Assembly: GCA_031364455.1 (NCBI GenBank)
Contig: JANLWJ010000542.1
Span: 1 to 30,062, forward strand
Reading direction: 5' to 3'
Source of the DNA: Actinomycetes bacterium
GTDB lineage: Bacteria > Actinomycetota > Actinomycetes > JAHEKZ01
DNA length: 30,062 nucleotides
A program made the translations under genes and the position numbers. Shown one piece after another: positions 23,234 through 30,062 of this stretch (within the stretch, counting starts at the first letter, position 1; every line of letters begins with the position of its first letter). The notes under the pieces are model-generated. The model was not told the DNA's origin and did no database searches. It saw nothing but the letters and a program-made list of their open reading frames with translations.

Positions 23234-24340
23234 ATGCCCCGTCCGCTACCCGCCCCAGTGCTCGCCGCCATCGCGGCACGACACGGAGTGATCACGCGCC
23301 AACACCTGCTGAGCCTCGGAGCCAGCGAGAGGAACATCAGCACCTGGGTGCGACGCGGCCAGCTGCGACGACTGTCCGTCGGATGCTTCGCGGAGTCCGC
23401 CCGGTGGGAAGGCGCCGCACCGACCTTGCGGCACACCATGCACGTCTACGGAATCCAACTGAACTCTCCCGACGTCGTGGCCCGATGTGAAACGTCAGCC
23501 GTTACCTGGCAGCTGCCGGTCCGCAGCATCCCCGACCGGCCACAGGTGGTCCGCGCCCCGAACCGTGCACACCTGAACAGTGCGTCCGTGCAACGGCGGC
23601 ACCTGGATCCCGGCCACGCCGTCATGCGAGGTGGTCTCACGACGTTGACGCTGGCGCACACCGTGGTCGATGTTGTCGCTGTCGCCCCCCTTCCTGATGC
23701 GCTGATCACCGTGGACGCGGCACTCCGTGGTGGCCTCCAGCTCACCGACCTCGACGCTGCGATCCGCTCACGAGGCACCTTCACCGGCTGCAGCAACGCC
23801 GCAGCAGCCATCGATGCGGGCGATCCGGCATCGGAGTCCCCCCTCGAGTCGCTCTCCCGAGGACGCGTCATCGAGCGCCGGCTTCCACTTCCCTTGTGCA
23901 ACGTCGTGATCAGGCACCAGAGCAGGGAAGCGCGCGTCGACAAGCTGTGGGCCGAGGACGGTGTCGTCGGCGAGGCCGACGGCAAGGGCAAGTACTCCAA
24001 GGACGACGCCCCGACGGTGATCTGGAAGGAGAAGCGCCGACACGAGTGGCTGGAAGAGCTGGGGTTCGCTGTCCCCCGCTGGGGAATGCCCGAGGTCGGC
24101 GACGACGGCGCTGCCCTTGAGCGCCGCTACCGGAAGGCGGTGGCTACGCAGCGGGCGGTGGGATTCCGGTGGCCCGATGGGGTGACCATGGAGGTGCAAC
24201 GGATACCTGGCGTCGAGCTGCCAGCCCGCGTGCTGGCTGAGGTGCAGCGCCTGGCGGCGTCCGGCTACCCGATCAGCATCGTGGACGCGCCCCGGCGTCC
24301 TGGCGGATCTCCTGCGCTTTGGACGCCGATCAGCGCCTGA
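23234..24340 (+). CDS. AbiEi-type wHTH protein with C-terminal PD-(D/E)XK / DUF559-Vsr-like nuclease domain
   Basis: Start moved to ATG 23234. RHGVITRQHLLSLG..WVRRGQLRRL (AbiEi-like), T.LAHTVVDV, DAALR, then SESPLES, RVDKLW..VVGEADGKGKY, EKRR..LEELGFAVPRW. Confidence 0.82.
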   Translation: MPRPLPAPVLAAIAARHGVITRQHLLSLGASERNISTWVRRGQLRRLSVGCFAESARWEGAAPTLRHTMHVYGIQLNSPDVVARCETSAVTWQLPVRSIPDRPQVVRAPNRAHLNSASVQRRHLDPGHAVMRGGLTTLTLAHTVVDVVAVAPLPDALITVDAALRGGLQLTDLDAAIRSRGTFTGCSNAAAAIDAGDPASESPLESLSRGRVIERRLPLPLCNVVIRHQSREARVDKLWAEDGVVGEADGKGKYSKDDAPTVIWKEKRRHEWLEELGFAVPRWGMPEVGDDGAALERRYRKAVATQRAVGFRWPDGVTMEVQRIPGVELPARVLAEVQRLAASGYPISIVDAPRRPGGSPALWTPISA

Positions 24341-24359
24341 AATCGCAGGCAATCCGCCA
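24301..24359. repeat. BIME/REP-like element copy 3 (two arms), overlapping the AbiEi-nuclease stop codon
   Basis: TGGCGGATCTCCTGCG-N27-CGCAGGCAATCCGCCA. Confidence 0.88.
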
Positions 24360-24425
24360 ATCTGCGCTGGACGCCGGTGGCCCGGTCTGCGCCGCCGCGT
24401 CTGTCAGACGGTGCGGCTCCGTGAC

Positions 24426-24719
24426 TCAAACGGTGATCGCCAGGTCGGCGACCTCGCCCAGCTCGGCGTGCACCGCGCAGTCGACGGACGCTCCAGGCGC
24501 CAGAACCCGCACCGTCCACGCACCAGGCGCCGCGAAGAAGCGGAACTGGCCGGTGGCCGACGTCGGCACCTCGGCGGTGAACTCTCCGGTGCCGTCGAGC
24601 AGCCGGACGTAGGCCGGCGACACCGGCTCGCCTGCGCGCGAGACGATGCCCTGGATCACCGCCTCTTTGGTGGCGTCGACCCCGGTGATGTCTGGTCCTC
24701 CTGCAATGGCTCCGCACAT
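24426..24719 (-). CDS. sseC: DUF1416 protein (SseC-like)
   Basis: MCGA start, AYVRLLDGTGEFTAEVPTSATGQFRFFAAPGAWTVR. Directly downstream of the rhodanese, as in the mycobacterial cysA-sseC pair. Confidence 0.92.
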   Translation of the reverse strand: MCGAIAGGPDITGVDATKEAVIQGIVSRAGEPVSPAYVRLLDGTGEFTAEVPTSATGQFRFFAAPGAWTVRVLAPGASVDCAVHAELGEVADLAITV

Positions 24720-24732
24720 GGTGCTCCCCCTC

Positions 24733-25572
24733 CTAGGATCCGTCGCCGAGCTCGATCGGCACGCCGACCAGCGAGCCGTACTCGGTCCATGAACCGTCGT
24801 AGTTCTTCACGTTCTCGACGCCGAGCAGCTCGTGCAGCACGAACCAGGTGTGCGCCGAACGCTCACCGATCCGGCAGTACGCAATGGTGTCCTTCTCGAG
24901 GTCGACGCCGGCGCCGACGTACAGCGCGGTGAGGTCGTCGTCGGACCTGAAGGTGCCGTCGTCGTTGGCAGCCTTCGACCACGGAATGTTCTTCGCCGTC
25001 GGAATGTGGCCCGGCCGCTGCGACTGCTCCTGCGGCAGGTGCGCCGGCGCGAGCAGGCGTCCGGAGTACTCGTCAGGTGAGCGGACGTCGACGAGGTTCT
25101 GCACCCCGATCGCTTCGAGGACGTCGCCACGGAACGCGCGGATCGAAGTGTCCTGCTCCTGCGCGGTGTACTTCGACGATGGACGCTTGATCACCTCGGT
25201 CGTCAGCTCGCGCGAGTCGAGCTCCCACTTCTTGCGACCACCGTCCAGCAGCTTCACCGACCCGTGCCCGTAGAGGGTGAAGTACCAGTAGGCGTATGAC
25301 GCAAACCAGTTGTTGTTGCCGCCGTAGAGGATGACGGTGTGGTCGTTGCCGATCCCGCGCTCGGAGAGCAACGCCTCGAACGCCGGACGGTCGACGAAGT
25401 CGCGCTTGACCGGGTCCTGCAGGTCGGTCTTCCAGTCGAGGCGGACGGCCCCGCGGATGTGCCCCTTCTCGTACGCCGAGGTGTCCTCGTCGACCTCGAC
25501 AAGGACCACGGTCGGGTCATCAAGGTGCGCCTCGACCCAGTCGGCTTCGACCAATACATCAGTGCGGCTCAT
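24733..25572 (-). CDS. cysA2: Tandem-domain thiosulfate sulfurtransferase (rhodanese, CysA2/CysA3-type)
   Basis: Start ATG 25572 (MSRTDVLV). GHIRGA, LDGGRKKW, active-site CRIGER, YDGSWTEY. Confidence 0.93.
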   Translation of the reverse strand: MSRTDVLVEADWVEAHLDDPTVVLVEVDEDTSAYEKGHIRGAVRLDWKTDLQDPVKRDFVDRPAFEALLSERGIGNDHTVILYGGNNNWFASYAYWYFTLYGHGSVKLLDGGRKKWELDSRELTTEVIKRPSSKYTAQEQDTSIRAFRGDVLEAIGVQNLVDVRSPDEYSGRLLAPAHLPQEQSQRPGHIPTAKNIPWSKAANDDGTFRSDDDLTALYVGAGVDLEKDTIAYCRIGERSAHTWFVLHELLGVENVKNYDGSWTEYGSLVGVPIELGDGS

Positions 25573-26027
25573 GCGGCTGCCTCCTCGGCAAGCGGTGAAC
25601 GGGTGGTGACGACGGCAGACCGCGACGGCAACAGCCGACGTCCGATCAGGTACATCTCGCAGCCAAGGCAGAAGCCGAAGGCGGCGTTGAGGAACGCCGC
25701 GGCCAGTGCCAGACCAACGGCAACCAGACCAACGGTGGACGCCCCCGCGGCAAGCGCGACGGTGCCGACGAGTCCGAAGGTGAAGCCGACGCCCTGGGCG
25801 AAGCGTGGCGGAGTGGCTGACTCCAGCTCGCTCGGCGGCGCGAGGCGGGGGCGAATGAAGCGGCTGTACAGGACGCCATAGGGACTGCGCTTCAGGCCCG
25901 CGAAGGCGCCGATCGCGAAGACGACGGTCTGCGCGGCGAGCAGCCAAGCGCTGCCGGTCAGCAGCACGACGGCAAGAACGACGGTGGTCAGAGCCGCGGC
26001 GAAGCGCGGTCCACGTGGGTCGATCAC
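25569..26027 (-). CDS. DUF4395 membrane protein
   Basis: IDPRGPRFAA, PPRFAQGVG, AAFLNAAFGFCLGCEMY. Stop overlaps the rhodanese ATG. Confidence 0.92.
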   Translation of the reverse strand: MIDPRGPRFAAALTTVVLAVVLLTGSAWLLAAQTVVFAIGAFAGLKRSPYGVLYSRFIRPRLAPPSELESATPPRFAQGVGFTFGLVGTVALAAGASTVGLVAVGLALAAAFLNAAFGFCLGCEMYLIGRRLLPSRSAVVTTRSPLAEEAAA

Positions 26028-26149
26028 GGTGATCTCCGTTGGTGTTGTGGGGGAGCAGATGGCCAGCGCCTCGGTGGGCGCATCGGTGGGTGTCCGGCGG
26101 GGTGGCGCGCGGCCTGCGGGCCGACGTGCCGGGGGCGGTCAGTGCCCGG

Positions 26150-26242
26150 TCAGGACCCGCAACACAGACAGCCGGCGAGGCGGCAGAGGTCGACAGCGCG
26201 TCGCTGGGTGAGCCCCAACGACCGGGGAGTGTGACTGGCCAT
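26150..26242 (-). CDS. Cys-rich leader peptide (Ms5788A-like attenuator sORF)
   Basis: ATG 26242 to TGA 26150: MASHTPRSLGLTQRRAVDLCRLAGCLCCGS. TACCCT 7 nt upstream. Sits 122 nt ahead of DUF4395-cysA-sseC. Confidence 0.88.
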   Translation of the reverse strand: MASHTPRSLGLTQRRAVDLCRLAGCLCCGS

Positions 26243-26298
26243 AGGAGCGAGGGTAGGTAGGTGCCGCTCGGGTGTCATTTCCGTCTCAGATAGCGAGA

Positions 26299-26823
26299 TC
26301 ATGTCTCACTCACCGGACAATTCGATGTTGATGAGCCATCCAGGGCTCCGATCGCCGCGATGACATCGGCCGTGCGGGGCTGCCCGACCGCCCGCTGAGC
26401 AACGGCGCCAAAGGCGTCCAGCACGAAGACGGTCGGCGTGCGCATGACGCCCCACCGACGTACGAGGTCGAGGTGCGCCTCGGCGTCCACCTCGACCGCG
26501 ACAACGCCGTCGACCATCTCGGCCACCTCCGACAGCACCCTTCTGGTTGCGCGGCATGGCTGGCAGAACGCGGTGGAGAACTGGATGAGGGAGGCTCGCT
26601 CACCCAGCTCGATGCCCAGGTCGGACGCCGGAAAGACCGGCCCCCGCTGTGGCGACACGGCACCGGACGCAGTGCCGGACGCCGGGTCGGACGCCGGGTC
26701 GGACGCCGGGTCGGAGACGGCCGGCACCGCGCGCAGACGGCCGTCGGTCCGCCGCCGCCAGAGACCGAACGCCGTGGCCGCGGCGAGCACAACCACGAGC
26801 ACGATCAGGCCGACGTTGTCCAC
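26299..26823 (-). CDS. thiX: Membrane-anchored thioredoxin-like protein (ThiX/Rv0816c-like)
   Basis: N-terminal TM helix, QFSTAFCQPCRAT, TPTVFVLD..G. Confidence 0.85.
   Translation of the reverse strand: MDNVGLIVLVVVLAAATAFGLWRRRTDGRLRAVPAVSDPASDPASDPASGTASGAVSPQRGPVFPASDLGIELGERASLIQFSTAFCQPCRATRRVLSEVAEMVDGVVAVEVDAEAHLDLVRRWGVMRTPTVFVLDAFGAVAQRAVGQPRTADVIAAIGALDGSSTSNCPVSET
26677..26712. repeat. 12-bp perfect tandem repeat x3 inside thiX linker
   Basis: GGACGCCGGGTC x3, encoding DPAS x3 on the minus strand. Confidence 0.9.
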
Positions 26824-26932
26824 GCCGTTCCCAGCACTCGGGCGGGCAGCGACATTCCCGCTCGCTCCACGCGGCGGTCCCCGTCCACGCAGAGGTCCCC
26901 GAACCGCACGCGGCCGTCCCCGATCAGCACGG

Positions 26933-27772
26933 TCAGCCGATCAGCCGCACGACGACGTACCCCAAGGGGGCGGCCAACAACACCGGCCAGACGCCGCCGG
27001 GCAGCCATCCCGAACCCTCGCCGCGTACCCGCGCCTGCGTCACAGCGGCCATGGCCACCGGCACCCCTGCGGCGACGCCGAGCCCGGCGCCCAACACGAC
27101 GTCATCGACACCAACTCCCAGCAGGGCACCGGCCACAATGCCGGCCCCCATGGGGGCAACGGCCGCCCCAGCCACCCCTGGCGCGAGCCGTCCGACGGCA
27201 GCGGCCGCACACGCCCCGGCCAGCACGACCGTTGTGGAGTTGCCGTCCTCGAGCTGGTAGAGCACGACCCAGGCCGCACCGAGGGCTGCGACCGTTGCCA
27301 ATGTGACGGTGGCCGCGAGCGCGTCGACGAGATCTTCGCGACCGTCCTGGCGAACCAGCTGCTGAACGACGGCAATCAGGTACCCGGCGCCGAGCACGAC
27401 TGCGATCGGCCCCAGGCCTGGGGCGTTGTCGGTGGTCGCCACGATGATGTCGACGATGGCCGCGAGGCCGGCGCCCACGGCCGCCCCGGTGGCGGCCGAT
27501 GGCGCACCCAGCGACCGGTGCCAGGTGAGCGCGACGACAACCTGCAGCGCGATGACCGGAGCCCACAGCCACGGCAGCTCCAGTAGCGCGCCGACCAGAA
27601 CCAGGCCGCTGCTCAGGGCACCGACAAAGGCGGGGCGCCAGTCGGGCAGGTGCAGGTGATCGGGCGGCGCAGCGCGCGGCGTCTCGGGCGCGGGGCCCGG
27701 TGCCGGGTGCGCGGCACCCGACGGGGTCGCGTCAGATGACGGGTTCGGCGCGGCTGGACGGTCTGCGTTCAC
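26933..27772 (-). CDS. Multi-pass membrane protein with Pro-rich N-terminus, function unknown
   Basis: GTG 27772 with CATGAT 6 nt upstream. About eight hydrophobic segments, QQL.R.DGRE.LV motif. Confidence 0.78.
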   Translation of the reverse strand: MNADRPAAPNPSSDATPSGAAHPAPGPAPETPRAAPPDHLHLPDWRPAFVGALSSGLVLVGALLELPWLWAPVIALQVVVALTWHRSLGAPSAATGAAVGAGLAAIVDIIVATTDNAPGLGPIAVVLGAGYLIAVVQQLVRQDGREDLVDALAATVTLATVAALGAAWVVLYQLEDGNSTTVVLAGACAAAAVGRLAPGVAGAAVAPMGAGIVAGALLGVGVDDVVLGAGLGVAAGVPVAMAAVTQARVRGEGSGWLPGGVWPVLLAAPLGYVVVRLIG

Positions 27773-27824
27773 GCGCCGATCATGCCCGAACCGTCAGCGC
27801 ACCCGCACGCCACCCGCAGCACGA

Positions 27825-28202
27825 TCACCTCGTCACCTGTTCATCGTGCACAGAGGTGGCGTTCGGCCGCCGCCTTTGTGCGCTAACGCCACCTCGGGCG
27901 CCACCTCGGGCGCCACCTCGGGTCTGACGCCCTGCGCTCAGCTCACCGTCGCCGGCCCCGCCTGCGAAGGGCGGCAGCACCTCGACGACGGAGTCGGCAG
28001 CCAACTTCACCTCGCCATGAGGCGTCAGGCCGACCGGCTGCTCGTCGACCACGAAGGAACAGACGCCGAGCACCTGAGCAAAGCGTTCGCCCCGCCCGGA
28101 GCGGGCGGCGTCCAGGGCCTCGGCCAGCGTTGCGACATCGACGGACTGCTCGGTGACGCCGGCGGCTTCGCGAGCGCCGGCCCAGTACCTCAGCACCGCC
28201 AC
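27825..28202 (-). CDS. MoaD/ThiS-family sulfur carrier with a 43-aa extension after the diglycine
   Basis: LRYWAGAREAAG, CSFVVD, VEVLPPFAGG. Strong GGAGAGGGAGG Shine-Dalgarno. No stop after GG; first in-frame stop is at 27825-27827. Confidence 0.82.
   Translation of the reverse strand: MAVLRYWAGAREAAGVTEQSVDVATLAEALDAARSGRGERFAQVLGVCSFVVDEQPVGLTPHGEVKLAADSVVEVLPPFAGGAGDGELSAGRQTRGGARGGARGGVSAQRRRPNATSVHDEQVTR
27853..27922. repeat. Inverted repeat plus 12-bp tandem repeat inside the MoaD extension
   Basis: GAGGTGGCGTT (27853-27863) and AACGCCACCTC (27885-27895). GCCACCTCGGGC x2 plus an 11-bp partial copy at 27888-27922. Confidence 0.85.
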
Positions 28203-28338
28203 AGCGCCCTCCCTCTCCCCTGGCCTTCCCGCCGGCCGGCCTGTCTACCAAGCTCACCCATCACTGTGTCGCACCCTTGCCGAAACCAGGCCCCCGGGCC
28301 CGCATTTGTCAGATCGGGAGATCTCGCTCTACAGTTAG

Positions 28339-28357
28339 TTAGGTAAGGGTGTCCTAA
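28339..28357. promoter_or_regulatory. DtxR/IdeR-type iron box
   Basis: TTAGGTAAGGGTGTCCTAA matches TWAGGTWAGSCTWACCTWA at 16 of 19 positions, 91 nt upstream of an iron permease. Confidence 0.8.
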
Positions 28358-28448
28358 CTTAGGTTCCACAGGCTCGGGCCAGCCGAACATGGATCCGACC
28401 AGGGCACGCACCGACGACTCCCGCCAGGGACGACCGATAGGACAGCCG

Positions 28449-29291
28449 ATGCTCGCCGCCTTTCTCATCACCCTCCGCGAGGGGCTCGAAGCCGCCCTCA
28501 TCGTGAGCATCCTGATCGCGTACCTGGTCAAGACCGACCGGGGCGGCTCGGTGCGCTACGTCTGGGCGGGCGTCGGCGTCGCAGCAGTTTTCTCCCTGTC
28601 AGTGGGAGGCGCGCTGGCAGTGGCGGCCGACCGGTTGCCCGAAGAAGCGCAGGCCGCGTTCGAGGGCGTCATGGCGCTGCTCGCGGTCGCCTTCGTCACC
28701 TGGATGGTCTTCTGGATGGCGCGCAACGCCAGGGCGCTCAAGGGCGAGCTGCACGCCCACGTTGACAAAGCCGCCGCCGCTGGGGCCGGAGCCGTCGCGG
28801 CCATGGCCTTCATCGCTGTCTCTCGTGAGGGCTTCGAGACCGCGCTCTTCCTCTGGTCGTCGCTGCAAACCACTGGCGGTGGCTGGACGGCCATTTTGGG
28901 TGGCCTCCTCGGCATGATTACCGCGATCGCCCTCGGCCTATTCATCTACCGCGGTGCCCTGCGGGTCAACCTCGCCATCTTCTTCAAGTGGACCGGCGTC
29001 GCGCTGATCATCATCGCCGCCGGCGTCTTCACCTACGCCATCCACGAGCTGCAGGAGGCTGGCCTTCTCTTCGGCGAGGACTCGATCGCCTTCGACATCA
29101 GCGGCGCAATGCCCGAGGACTCGGTGCAGTACGCGCTCTTCCGCGGCCTCTTCGCCGTCCGAACAGTGCCGAGCTGGCTCGAGGTCTTCGCCTGGTTTGC
29201 CTACCTGGTGCCCACGATGTGGCTCTTCTTCCGCACCATCGGGCGTCCCATGAAGCCGGCGCCGGCGGCCAGCGTCGAGAGCGCTGCCTGA
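28449..29291 (+). CDS. efeU: FTR1/EfeU-family iron permease
   Basis: Start moved to ATG 28449 (MLAAFLITLREGLEAAL). Two RExxE motifs (REGLE, REGFE), multiple TM helices. Confidence 0.93.
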   Translation: MLAAFLITLREGLEAALIVSILIAYLVKTDRGGSVRYVWAGVGVAAVFSLSVGGALAVAADRLPEEAQAAFEGVMALLAVAFVTWMVFWMARNARALKGELHAHVDKAAAAGAGAVAAMAFIAVSREGFETALFLWSSLQTTGGGWTAILGGLLGMITAIALGLFIYRGALRVNLAIFFKWTGVALIIIAAGVFTYAIHELQEAGLLFGEDSIAFDISGAMPEDSVQYALFRGLFAVRTVPSWLEVFAWFAYLVPTMWLFFRTIGRPMKPAPAASVESAA

Positions 29292-29356
29292 AGTCACCGT
29301 TCACCTAGAACCGGAACCGGTCGATAGTCTTGACGGGTTCTGGACGAGGAGGACGT

Positions 29357-30052
29357 GTGGCGCGGCTGCTGCTCCTGACGCACGGCGGTCCTACCGCCGA
29401 GGCGGTGCTGCCTGCGCTCGAGCTGCTCCCCCACCAAGTGCGGGTGCTGCCCGCCGAGGGTGCGGCACTCCTGGACTCAGGTCCGACCGACGCCCTCTTG
29501 GTGGACGGACGCGGCGACTTGCCGCGCGTGCGTTCGCTCTGTCGGCTGATCCGCACCACCGGCATCACAGTGCCGCTGATCCTGGTCACCACCGAGGGTG
29601 GCCTCACCGCTGTCACCGCCGAATGGAACGTCGACGACGTCATCCTCGCCACCGCAGGTCCGGCGGAAGTCGAAGCGCGACTGCGGCTGGCCACCGAACG
29701 TCTCGCCGCGTCGGCCGACGACGTGCTGCCACTGATCAGTAACGGCGACCTCGTCATCGACGAATCCACCTACACCGCGAAGCTGCGCGGCAACACGCTC
29801 GACCTCACATACAAAGAGTTCGAGCTGCTGAAGTACCTTGCCCAGCACCCGGGACGCGTCTTCACCCGCGGACAGCTGCTGCAAGAGGTCTGGGGCTACG
29901 ACTACTTCGGCGGCACTCGCACCGTCGACGTCCACGTCAGGCGGCTGCGCGCCAAGCTCGGCGGCGAGTACGAGCAGCTGATCGGCACCGTTCGCAACGT
30001 CGGCTACCGGTTCGTCGCGGCTCCGGCGTCGGCGTCGGCGTCCAGCCCCTGA
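29357..30052 (+). CDS. glnR: GlnR, atypical OmpR-family nitrogen regulator
   Basis: GTG 29357 with [52 protein letters not shown], and w[36 protein letters not shown]. Confidence 0.9.
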   Translation: MARLLLLTHGGPTAEAVLPALELLPHQVRVLPAEGAALLDSGPTDALLVDGRGDLPRVRSLCRLIRTTGITVPLILVTTEGGLTAVTAEWNVDDVILATAGPAEVEARLRLATERLAASADDVLPLISNGDLVIDESTYTAKLRGNTLDLTYKEFELLKYLAQHPGRVFTRGQLLQEVWGYDYFGGTRTVDVHVRRLRAKLGGEYEQLIGTVRNVGYRFVAAPASASASSP

Positions 30053-30062
30053 CGTACTGAAG

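Noticed and set aside
23234-24340. Complete type IV AbiE toxin-antitoxin module
   Set aside because: No AbiEii nucleotidyltransferase gene is adjacent; the next gene is the convergent sseC.
22291-24359. CRISPR array
   Set aside because: Arms alternate in orientation, the 27-nt spacers are related to each other, clusters are separated by whole genes, and no cas gene is present.
26854-26922. GTCCCCG heptamer three times in the thiX upstream region, and ORF 26805..27008
   Set aside because: Spacing is irregular (18 and 21 nt), the motif is likely by chance in high-GC DNA, and the ORF overlaps both neighbours without recognisable motifs.
27785-27810. CCCGAACCGTCAGC resembling the 3' part of a c-di-AMP (ydaO) riboswitch
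   Set aside because: The 5' half of the aptamer is missing, no plus-strand gene follows, and the reverse strand reads as the promoter of the 27772 gene.

Overview
High-GC actinobacterial chromosome segment, read by eye; family assignments rest on recalled motifs, not database searches. Left part (1-4.5 kb): truncated amidase, DUF305 lipoprotein, secreted sulfatase and a PhoX-like protein that has lost its metal ligands. Middle part (4.7-18 kb): an accessory cell-surface locus with a MauE plus double-thioredoxin fusion, two paralogous twin-arginine Cys-repeat precursors sharing a three-part leader, an HPr-kinase-like P-loop protein fused to a PqqD/RRE domain, a secreted Ig/jelly-roll protein, a Wzc-type tyrosine autokinase, a second stand-alone RRE coupled to an Asp-box propeller, an LPXTG protein and a DUF4012 protein; two copies of a shared palindrome lie upstream of secreted-protein genes. 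Right part (18-30 kb): the conserved actinobacterial block ygfZ, nur, nitrobindin, sseC, cysA-type rhodanese, DUF4395, Cys-rich leader peptide, thiX, moaD-like, glnR. That block is interrupted by accessory genes, including an AbiEi-wHTH/PD-(D/E)XK gene bracketed by BIME-like palindromic repeats, and carries a lone efeU under a DtxR/IdeR-type box. Best leads: the RRE/kinase/Tat-precursor/MauE/Wzc locus, the repeat-bracketed AbiEi-nuclease gene, the shared palindrome, the pseudo-PhoX and the MoaD with a blocked diglycine. No rRNA, tRNA, CRISPR array or transposase was seen.
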